This document shows positions 31,804-40,956 of a stretch of 44,457 bases of DNA, piece by piece. Location of the stretch: IMG/VR virus record IMGVR_UViG_2531839331_000012; one strand, given 5' to 3'. Positions within the stretch are counted from its first letter, which is position 1, and every line of letters begins with the position of its first letter. The stretch is from a virus. Taxonomy: Duplodnaviria > Heunggongvirae > Uroviricota > Caudoviricetes. Below the pieces are notes generated by a model that did no database searches, was not told the DNA's origin, and saw only the letters and a list, made by a program, of their open reading frames with translations. The position numbers were made by a program, and so were the translations under genes.

Positions 31804-34375
31804 ACCGGTAGGCGATCTGGTCGTTGATTTAAGTCTGGATGCGGCCAGATTTGACGAGCAGATGGCCAGAGTCAGGCGTCATTTTTCCGGTACGGAAACT
31901 GATGCGAAAAAAACAGCGGCAGTCGTTGAACAGTCGCTGAGCCGACAGGCGCTGGCTGCACAGAAAGCGGGGATTTCCGTCGGGCAGTATAAAGCCGCCA
32001 TGCGTATGCTGCCTGCACAGTTCACCGACGTGGCCACGCAGCTTGCAGGCGGGCAAAGCCCGTGGCTGATCCTGCTGCAACAGGGGGGTCAGGTTAAGGA
32101 CTCCTTCGGCGGGATGATCCCCATGTTCAGGGGGCTTGCCGGTGCGATCACCCTGCCGATGGTGGGGGCCACCTCGCTGGCGGTGGCGACCGGTGCGCTG
32201 GCGTATGCCTGGTATCAGGGCAACTCAACCCTGTCCGATTTCAACAAAACGCTGGTCCTTTCCGGCAATCAGGCGGGACTGACGGCAGATCGTATGCTGG
32301 TCCTGTCCAGAGCCGGGCAGGCGGCAGGGCTGACGTTTAACCAGACCAGCGAGTCACTGACGGCGCTGGTGAATGCCGGTGTGCGTGGTGGTGAGCAGTT
32401 TGAGGCGATCAGCCAGAGTGTGGCGCGTTTCTCCTCTGCATCCGGCGTGGAGGTGGACAAGGTCGCTGAAGCCTTCGGGAAGCTGACCACAGACCCGACG
32501 TCGGGACTGACAGCGATGGCACGTCAGTTCCATAACGTGACGGCGGAGCAGATTGCGTATGTTGCTCAGTTGCAGCGTTCCGGAGATGAAGCCGGGGCAT
32601 TGCAGGCGGCGAACGAGGCCGCAACGAAAGGGTTTGATGACCAGACCCGCCGCCTGAAAGAGAACATGGGCACGCTGGAGACCTGGGCAGACAGGACAGC
32701 ACGGGCATTCAAATCCATGTGGGATTCGGTGCTGGATATTGGTCGCCCGGACACTGCCCAGGGAATGCTGGAGAAAGCAGAAAAGGCTTTTGATGAGGCG
32801 GACAAAAAATGGCAGTGGTATCAGAGCCGGAGCCACCGGCGCGGTAAAACCTCAGCATTTCTTGCCAATCTCCGGGGAGCATGGGAGGACAGAGCGAATG
32901 CGCAACTTGGGCTTTCAGCCGCCACGTTGCAGGCCGATCTTGAAAAGGCCAGAGAGATGGCAGCAAAGGACTGGGCCGAGTCTGAGGCATCACGGCTGAA
33001 ATATACCGAAGAGGCGCAGAAGGCTTACGAACGGCTGCAGACGCCGCTGGAGAAATATACCGCCCGTCAGGAAGAACTGAACAAGGCACTGAAAGACGGG
33101 AAAATCCTGCAGGCGGATTACAACACGCTGATGGCGGCGGCGAAAAAGGATTATGAAGCGACGCTGAAAAAGCCGAAACAGTCCGGCGTGAAGGTGTCTG
33201 CGGGCGATCGTCAGGAAGACAGTGCTCATGCTGCCCTGCTGATGCTTCAGACAGAACTCCGGACGCTGGAGAAGCATGCCGGAGCGAATGAGAAAATCAG
33301 CCAGCAGCGCCGGGATTTGTGGAAGGCAGAAAGTCAGTTCGCGGTACTGGAGGAGGCGGCGCAACGTCGTCAGTTGTCTGCACAGGAGAAATCCCTGCTG
33401 GCGCATAAAGATGAGACGCTGGAGTACAAACGCCAGCTGGCTGCACTTGGCGACAAGGTTACGTATCAGGAGCGCCTGAACGCGCTGGCGCAGCAGGCGG
33501 ATAAATTCGCACAGCAGCAACGGGCAAAACGGGCCGCCATTGATGCGAAAAGCCGGGGGCTGACTGACCGGCAGGCAGAACGGGAAGCCACGGAACAGCG
33601 CCTGAAGGAACAGTATGGCGATAATCCGCTGGCGCTGAATAACGTCATGTCAGAGCAGAAAAAGACCTGGGCGGCTGAAGACCAGCTTCGCGGGAGCTGG
33701 ATGGCAGGCCTGAAGTCCGGCTGGAGTGAGTGGGAAGAGAGCGCCACGGACAGTATGTCGCAGGTTAAAAGTGCAGCCACGCAGACCTTTGATGGTATTG
33801 CACAGAATATGGCGGCGATGCTGACCGGCAGTGAGCAGAACTGGCGCAGCTTCACCCGTTCCGTGCTGTCCATGATGACAGAAATTCTGCTTAAGCAGGC
33901 AATGGTGGGGATTGTCGGGAGTATCGGCAGCGCCATTGGCGGTGCTGCCAGTGGTGGAGCATCCGCGTCAGGCGGTACAGCCATTCAGGCCGCTGCGGCG
34001 AAATTCCATTTTGCGACCGGGGGATTTACGGGAACCGGCGGCAAATATGAGCCAGCGGGGATTGTTCACCGTGGTGAATTTGTCTTCACGAAGGAGGCAA
34101 CCAGCCGGATTGGTGTCGGCAACCTGTACCGCCTGATGCGGGGCTATGCGGAAGGTGGTTATGTGGGCGGTGCCGGAAGTCCGGCGCAGATGCGGCGGGC
34201 TGAAGGCATTAATTTTAATCAGAACAATCACGTGGTGATTCAGAACGACGGTACGAATGGTCTGCCAGGTCCACAGATGATGAAGGCAGTGTATGACATG
34301 GCCCGCAAGGGTGCCCGTGATGAAATTCAGACACAGATGCGTGATGGTGGCCTGTTCTCCGGAGGTGGACGATGA
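31796..34375 (+). CDS. H: Tail tape-measure protein H
   Basis: 859 aa; lambda gpH (853 aa) with small in-frame length difference. Confidence 0.95.
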   Translation: MAEPVGDLVVDLSLDAARFDEQMARVRRHFSGTETDAKKTAAVVEQSLSRQALAAQKAGISVGQYKAAMRMLPAQFTDVATQLAGGQSPWLILLQQGGQVKDSFGGMIPMFRGLAGAITLPMVGATSLAVATGALAYAWYQGNSTLSDFNKTLVLSGNQAGLTADRMLVLSRAGQAAGLTFNQTSESLTALVNAGVRGGEQFEAISQSVARFSSASGVEVDKVAEAFGKLTTDPTSGLTAMARQFHNVTAEQIAYVAQLQRSGDEAGALQAANEAATKGFDDQTRRLKENMGTLETWADRTARAFKSMWDSVLDIGRPDTAQGMLEKAEKAFDEADKKWQWYQSRSHRRGKTSAFLANLRGAWEDRANAQLGLSAATLQADLEKAREMAAKDWAESEASRLKYTEEAQKAYERLQTPLEKYTARQEELNKALKDGKILQADYNTLMAAAKKDYEATLKKPKQSGVKVSAGDRQEDSAHAALLMLQTELRTLEKHAGANEKISQQRRDLWKAESQFAVLEEAAQRRQLSAQEKSLLAHKDETLEYKRQLAALGDKVTYQERLNALAQQADKFAQQQRAKRAAIDAKSRGLTDRQAEREATEQRLKEQYGDNPLALNNVMSEQKKTWAAEDQLRGSWMAGLKSGWSEWEESATDSMSQVKSAATQTFDGIAQNMAAMLTGSEQNWRSFTRSVLSMMTEILLKQAMVGIVGSIGSAIGGAASGGASASGGTAIQAAAAKFHFATGGFTGTGGKYEPAGIVHRGEFVFTKEATSRIGVGNLYRLMRGYAEGGYVGGAGSPAQMRRAEGINFNQNNHVVIQNDGTNGLPGPQMMKAVYDMARKGARDEIQTQMRDGGLFSGGGR

Positions 34376-34701
34376 AAACCTTCCGCTGGAAAGTGAAACC
34401 CGGTATGGATGTGGCTTCGGGCCCTTCTGTAAGAAAGGTGCGCTTTGGTGATGGCTATTCCCAGCGAGCGCCTGCCGGGCTGAATGCCAACCTGAAAACG
34501 TACAGCGTGACGCTTTCTGTCCCCCGTGAGGAGGCCACGGTACTGGAGTCGTTTCTGGAAGAGCACGGGGGCTGGAAAGCCTTTCTGTGGACGCCGCCTT
34601 ATGAGTGGCGGCAGATAAAGGTGACCTGCGCAAAATGGTCGTCGCGGGTCAGTATGCTGCGTGTTGAGTTCAGCGCAGAGTTTGAACAGGTGGTGAACTG
34701 A
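34372..34701 (+). CDS. M: Tail tip protein M
   Basis: 109 aa, lambda gpM. Confidence 0.95.
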   Translation: MKTFRWKVKPGMDVASGPSVRKVRFGDGYSQRAPAGLNANLKTYSVTLSVPREEATVLESFLEEHGGWKAFLWTPPYEWRQIKVTCAKWSSRVSMLRVEFSAEFEQVVN

Positions 34702-35399
34702 TGCAGGATATCCGGCAGGAAACACTGAATGAATGCACCCGTGCGGAGCAGTCGGCCAGCGTGGTGCTCTGGGAAATCGACCTGACAGAGGTCGGTGGAG
34801 AACGTTATTTTTTCTGTAATGAGCAGAACGAAAAAGGTGAGCCGGTCACCTGGCAGGGGCGACAGTATCAGCCGTATCCCATTCAGGGGAGCGGTTTTGA
34901 ACTGAATGGCAAAGGCACCAGTATGCGCCCCACGCTGACGGTTTCTAACCTGTACGGTATGGTCACCGGGATGGCGGAAGATATGCAGAGTCTGGTCGGC
35001 GGAACGGTGGTCCGGCGTAAGGTTTACGCCCGTTTTCTGGATGCGGTGAACTTCGTCAACGGAAACAGTTACGCCGATCCGGAGCAGGAGGTGATCAGCC
35101 GCTGGCGCATTGAGCAGTGCAGCGAACTGAGCGCGGTGAGTGCCTCCTTTGTACTGTCCACGCCGACGGAAACGGATGGCGCTGTTTTTCCGGGACGTAT
35201 CATGCTGGCCAACACCTGCACCTGGACCTATCGCGGTGACGAGTGCGGTTATAGCGGTCCGGCTGTCGCGGATGAATATGACCAGCCAACGTCCGATATC
35301 ACGAAGGATAAATGCAGCAAATGCCTGAGCGGTTGTAAGTTCCGCAATAACGTCGGCAACTTTGGCGGCTTCCTTTCCATTAACAAACTTTCGCAGTAA
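34701..35399 (+). CDS. L: Tail tip protein L
   Basis: 232 aa, lambda gpL. Confidence 0.95.
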   Translation: MQDIRQETLNECTRAEQSASVVLWEIDLTEVGGERYFFCNEQNEKGEPVTWQGRQYQPYPIQGSGFELNGKGTSMRPTLTVSNLYGMVTGMAEDMQSLVGGTVVRRKVYARFLDAVNFVNGNSYADPEQEVISRWRIEQCSELSAVSASFVLSTPTETDGAVFPGRIMLANTCTWTYRGDECGYSGPAVADEYDQPTSDITKDKCSKCLSGCKFRNNVGNFGGFLSINKLSQ

Positions 35400-35404
35400 A
35401 TCCC

Positions 35405-36148
35405 ATGACACAGACAGAATCAGCGATTCTGGCGCACGCCCGGCGATGTGCGCCAGCGGAGTCGTGCGGCTTCGTGGTAAGCACGCCGGAGGGGGAAAGA
35501 TATTTTCCCTGCGTGAATATCTCCGGTGAGCCGGAGGCGTATTTCCGTATGTCGCCGGAAGACTGGCTGCAGGCAGAAATGCAGGGTGAGATTGTGGCGC
35601 TGGTCCACAGCCACCCCGGTGGTCTGCCCTGGCTGAGTGAGGCCGACCGGCGGCTGCAGGTGCAGAGTGATTTGCCGTGGTGGCTGGTCTGCCGGGGGAC
35701 GATTCATAAGTTCCGCTGTGTGCCGCATCTCACCGGGCGGCGCTTTGAGCACGGTGTGACGGACTGTTACACACTGTTCCGGGATGCTTATCATCTGGCG
35801 GGGATTGAGATGCCGGACTTTTATCGTGAGGATGACTGGTGGCGTAACGGCCAGAATCTCTATCTGGATAATCTGGAGGCGACGGGGCTGTATCAGGTGC
35901 CGTTGTCAGCGGCACAGCCGGGCGATGTGCTGCTGTGCTGTTTTGGTTCATCAGTGCCGAATCACGCCGCAATTTACTGCGGCGACGGCGAGCTGCTGCA
36001 CCATATTCCTGAACAACTGAGCAAACGAGAGAGGTACACCGACAAATGGCAGCGACGCACACACTCCCTCTGGCGTCACCGGGCATGGCGCGCATCTGCC
36101 TTTACGGGGATTTACAACGATTTGGTCGCCGCATCGACCTTCGTGTGA
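35405..36148 (+). CDS. K: Tail tip assembly protein K (JAB/MPN + NlpC/P60 domains); ORF extends 48 codons upstream of the classical lambda start (35549)
   Basis: 247-aa ORF; JAMM-like motif (E...HSHPGGLPWLSEAD) begins within the upstream extension; C-terminal part equals lambda gpK. Confidence 0.85.
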   Translation: MTQTESAILAHARRCAPAESCGFVVSTPEGERYFPCVNISGEPEAYFRMSPEDWLQAEMQGEIVALVHSHPGGLPWLSEADRRLQVQSDLPWWLVCRGTIHKFRCVPHLTGRRFEHGVTDCYTLFRDAYHLAGIEMPDFYREDDWWRNGQNLYLDNLEATGLYQVPLSAAQPGDVLLCCFGSSVPNHAAIYCGDGELLHHIPEQLSKRERYTDKWQRRTHSLWRHRAWRASAFTGIYNDLVAASTFV

Positions 36149-36717
36149 AAACGGGGGCTGAAGCCATCCGGGCACTGGCCACACAGCTCCCGGCGTTTCG
36201 TCAGAAACTGAGCGACGGCTGGTATCAGGTACGGATTGCCGGGCGGGACGTCAGCACGTCCGGGTTAACGGCGCAGTTACATGAGACTCTGCCTGATGGC
36301 GCTGTGATTCATATTGTTCCCAGAGTCGCCGGGGCCAAGTCAGGTGGCGTATTCCAGATTGTCCTGGGGGCTGCCGCCATTGCCGGATCATTCTTTACCG
36401 CCGGAGCCACCCTTGCAGCATGGGGGGCAGCCATTGGGACCGGTGGTATGACCGGCATCCTGTTTTCTCTCGGTGCCAGTATGGTGCTCGGTGGTGTGGC
36501 GCAGATGCTGGCACCGAAAGCCAGAACTCCCCGTACACAGACAACGGATAACGGTAAGCAGAACACCTATTTCTCCTCACTGGATAACATGGTTGCCCAG
36601 GGCAATGTTCTGCCTGTTCTGTACGGGGAAATGCGCGTGGGGTCTCGCGTGGTTTCTCAGGAGATCAGCACGGCAGACGAAGGGGACGGTGGTCAGGTTG
36701 TGGTGATTGGTCGCTGA
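36046..36717 (+). CDS. I: Tail tip assembly protein I
   Basis: 223 aa, lambda gpI; overlaps K in another frame. Confidence 0.95.
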   Translation: MAATHTLPLASPGMARICLYGDLQRFGRRIDLRVKTGAEAIRALATQLPAFRQKLSDGWYQVRIAGRDVSTSGLTAQLHETLPDGAVIHIVPRVAGAKSGGVFQIVLGAAAIAGSFFTAGATLAAWGAAIGTGGMTGILFSLGASMVLGGVAQMLAPKARTPRTQTTDNGKQNTYFSSLDNMVAQGNVLPVLYGEMRVGSRVVSQEISTADEGDGGQVVVIGR

Positions 36718-36777
36718 TGCAAAATGTTTTATGTGAAACCGCCTGCGGGCGGTTTTGTCATTTATGGAGCGTGAGGA

Positions 36778-39700
36778 ATGGGTAAAGGCAGCAGTAAGGG
36801 GCATACCCCGCGCGAAGCGAAGGACAACCTGAAGTCCACGCAGCTGCTGAGTGTGATCGATGCCATCAGCGAAGGGCCGGTTGAAGGTCCGGTGGATGGA
36901 TTAAAAAGCGTGCTGCTGAACAGTACGCCGGTGCTGGACACTGAGGGGAATACCAACATCTCCGGTGTCACGGTGGTGTTCCGTGCCGGTGAGCAGGAGC
37001 AGACACCGCCGGAGGGGTTTGAATCCTCCGGCTCCGAGACGGTGCTGGGTACGGAAGTGAAATATGACACGCCGATCACCCGCACCATTACGTCTGCAAA
37101 CATCGACCGTCTGCGCTTTACCTTCGGTGTGCAGGCACTGGTGGAAACCACCTCAAAGGGGGACCGGAATCCGTCGGAAGTCCGCCTGCTGGTTCAGATA
37201 CAGCGTAACGGTGGCTGGGTGACGGAAAAAGACATCACCATTAAGGGCAAAACCACCTCGCAGTATCTGGCCTCGGTGGTGGTGGATAACCTGCCGCCGC
37301 GCCCGTTTAATATCCGGATGCGCAGGATGACGCCGGACAGCACCACAGACCAGCTGCAGAACAAAACGCTCTGGTCGTCATACACCGAAATCATCGATGT
37401 GAAACAGTGCTACCCGAACACGGCACTGGTCGGCGTGCAGGTGGATTCGGAGCAGTTCGGCAGCCAGCAGGTGAGCCGTAATTATCATCTGCGCGGGCGC
37501 ATTCTGCAGGTGCCGTCGAACTATAACCCGCAGACGCGGCAATACAGCGGTATCTGGGACGGAACGTTTAAGCCAGCATACAGCAACAACATGGCCTGGT
37601 GTCTGTGGGATATGCTGACCCATCCCGCTACGGCATGGGGAAACGTCTTGGTGCGCGGATGTGAAAATGGGCGCTGTATGTCATCGGCCAGATGCGACAG
37701 TCGTGCCGGACGGTTTGGCGGCACGGAGCCGCGCATCACCTGTAATGCGTACCTGACCACACAGCGCAAGGCGTGGGATGTGCTCAGTGATTTCTGCTCG
37801 CGATGCGCTGTATGCCGGTATGGAACGGGCAGACGCTGAGTTCGTGCAGGACCGACCTCGATAAGGTGTGGACCTATAACCGCAGTAATGTGGTGATGCC
37901 GGATGATGGGCGCCGTTCCGCTACAGCTTCAGCGCCCTGAAGGACCGCCATAATGCCGTTGAGGTGAACTGGATTGACCCGAACAACGGCTGGGAGACGG
38001 CGACAGAGCTTGTGGAGGACACGCAGGCCATTGCCCGTTACGGTCGTAACGTCACGAAGATGGATGCTTTTGGCTGTACCAGCCGGGGGCAGGCACACCG
38101 CGCCGGGCTGTGGCTGATTAAAACGGAACTGCTGGAAACGCAGACCGTGGACTTCAGCGTGGGTGCGGAAGGGCTTCGCCATGTACCGGGGGATGTCATT
38201 GAAATCTGCGATGATGACTATGCCGGTATCAGCACCGGTGGTCGCGTGCTGGCGGTGAACAGCCAGACCCGGACGCTGACGCTCGACCGTGAAATCACGC
38301 TGCCATCCTCCGGTACCACGCTGATAAGCCTGGTTGACGGAAGTGGCAATCCGGTCAGCGTGGAGGTCCAGTCCGTCACCGACGGCGTGAAGGTGAAAGT
38401 GAGCCGGGTTCCTGACGGCGTTGCCGGATACAGCGTGTGGGGGCTGAAGCTGCCGACGCTGCGCCAGCGCCTGTTCCGCTGTGTGAGTATCCGTGAGAAC
38501 GACGACGGCACGTATGCCATCACGCCGTGCAGCATGTACCGAAAAGAAGCCATCGTGGATAACGGGGCGCACTTTGACGGACCGAGCGGCACGGTGAATG
38601 GGTCACGCCGCCGCGTGCAGCACTGACGCCGAAGTCACCGCAGACAGCGGGGAATACAGGTGCTGGCGCTGGGACACGCCGAAGGTGGTGAAGGGGTGAG
38701 CTTCCTGCTTCGCCTGACCGTGGCAGCGGATGACGGCAGTGAGCGGCTGGTCAGCACGGCCCGGACGACGGAAACCACATACCGCTTCACGCAACTGGCG
38801 CTGGGGAACTACAGGCTGACAGTCCGGGCGGTAAATGCGTGGGGACAGCAGGGCGATCCGGCATCGGTATCGTTCCGGATTGCCGCACCGGCAGCGCCGT
38901 CGCGGATTGAGCTGACGCCGGGCTATTTTCAGATAACCGCCACGCCGCATCTTGCGGTTTATGATCCGACGGTACAGTTTGAGTTCTGGTTCTCGGAAAA
39001 GCGGATTGCGGATATCAGGCAGGTTGAAACCACAGCCCGCTATCTTGGTACGGCGCTGTACTGGATAGCCGCCAGTATCAATATCAAACCGGGCCATGAT
39101 TATTATTTTTACGTTCGCAGTGTGAACACCGTTGGCAAATCGGCATTCGTGGAGGCTGTCGGTCAGCCGAGTGATGATGCATCAGGCTATCTGGATTTTT
39201 TCAAAGGCGAGATAGGGAAAACCCATCTGGCTCAGGAGCTGTGGACGCAGATTGATAACGGTCAGCTTGCGCCTGACCTGGCTGAAATCAGGACGTCCAT
39301 TACGGATGTCAGCAATGAAATCACACAGACCGTCAATAAGAAACTGGAAGACCAGAGTGCAGCGATCCAGCAGATACAGAAGGTTCAGGTTGATACAAAT
39401 AATAACCTGAACAGCATGTGGGCTGTGAAGCTGCAGCAGATGCAGGACGGACGCCTTTATATTGCGGGTATCGGTGCCGGTATTGAGAACACCCCTGACG
39501 GCATGCAGAGTCAGGTGCTGCTGGCGGCAGACAGGATTGCGATGATTAATCCTGCGAATGGCAACACAAAGCCGATGTTTGTTGGTCAGGGCGATCAGAT
39601 ATTCATGAATGAAGTGTTCCTGAAACGCCTGACGGCTCCCACCATTACCAGCGGCGGTAATCCTCCGGCATTTTCCCTGACACCGGACGGAGAGCTGACG

Positions 39701-40228
39701 GCGAAAAATGCCGATATCAGTGGCAGTGTGAATGCGAACTCCGGGACGCTCAACAACGTCACGATTAACGAGAACTGTCGGGTTCTGGGAAAACTGTCCG
39801 CCAACCAGATTGAAGGCGATCTCGTTAAAACAGTGGGTAAAGCTTTCCCGCGGGACTCCCGGGCACCGGAACGGTGGCCATCAGGGACCATTACCGTCAG
39901 GATTTATGACGATCAGCCGTTTGACCGGCAGATTGTTATTCCGGCGGTGGCATTCAGCGGTGCTAAACATGAGAGAGAGCATACTGATATTTACTCCTCA
40001 TGCCGCCTGATAGTGAAGAAAAATGGTGCTGAAATTTATAACCGTACCGCGCTGGATAATACGCTGATTTACAGTGGTGTTATTGATATGCCAGCTGGTC
40101 ACGGCCACATGACGCTGGAGTTTTCGGTGTCAGCATGGCTGGTAAATGACTGGTATCCCACAGCAAGTATCAGCGATTTGCTGGTTGTGGTGATGAAGAA
40201 AGCCACCGCAGGCATCAGTATCAGCTGA
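36778..40228 (+). pseudogene. J: Central tail fibre / host-specificity protein J, disrupted by multiple small frameshifts (three ORF segments 36778-37839, 37964-38626, 38660-40228) and with a non-lambda C-terminal receptor-binding end
   Basis: Segments align consecutively to recalled lambda gpJ; short out-of-frame stretches at about 37650-37720, 37790-37960 and 38590-38700 look like clustered 1-2-bp deletions. Confidence 0.8.
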
Positions 40229-40247
40229 ATTTTATAACCCATATACG

Positions 40248-40272
40248 GGCGCCAGAAATGGCGCCTTTTTTA
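40248..40272 (+). terminator. Rho-independent terminator after J (GGCGCC-AGAAAT-GGCGCC + TTTTTTA)
   Basis: Read directly. Confidence 0.7.
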
Positions 40273-40295
40273 TTGCAGAAAAGCGAGAGGTAATT

Positions 40296-40892
40296 ATGCG
40301 TAAAGTTTGTGCAGCCATTTTGTCCGCAGCCATTTGTCTGGCCGTATCCGGTGCGCCTGCATGGGCGTCTGAACATCAGTCCACGCTGAGCGCGGGGTAT
40401 CTTCATGCCTCGACGAACGTTCCCGGCAGCGATGATCTGAACGGGATTAACGTGAAATACCGTTATGAGTTTACGGACACACTGGGGCTGGTGACGTCTT
40501 CAGCTATGCAGGAGACAAGAATCGCCAGCTACCCGTTACAGCGATACCCGCTGGCATGAAGATTCCGTGCGTAACCGCTGGTTCAGCGTGATGGCGGGGC
40601 CGTCTGTACGCGTGAATGAATGGTTCAGCGCGTATGCGATGGCGGGGTGGCTTACAGCCGTGTGTCGACTTTCTCCGGGGATTATCTCCGCGTAACTGAC
40701 AACAAGGGAAAAACGCACGATGTGCTGACCGGAAGTGATGACGGTCGCCACAGCAACACGTCTCTGGCGTGGGGGGCTGGCGTGCAGTTTAACCCGACCG
40801 AATCCGTGGCCATTGATGTCGCTTATGAAGGCTCCGGCAGTGGTGACTGGCGCACTGACGGTTTCATCGTGGGTGTCGGTTATAAGTTCTGA
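40296..40892 (+). pseudogene. lom: Lom outer-membrane protein (Ail/Lom family), frameshifted
   Basis: N-terminal (40296-40559) and C-terminal (40620-40892) ORFs both match recalled lambda Lom; reading frame lost for about 30 codons in between. Confidence 0.8.
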
Positions 40893-40917
40893 TTAGCCAG
40901 GTAACACAGTGTTATGA

Positions 40918-40946
40918 CAGCCCGCCGGTTCTGGCGGGCTTTTTTG
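40918..40946 (+). terminator. Rho-independent terminator after lom (CAGCCCGCC...GGCGGGCT + TTTTT)
   Basis: Read directly. Confidence 0.7.
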
Positions 40947-40956
40947 TGGGGTGAAT

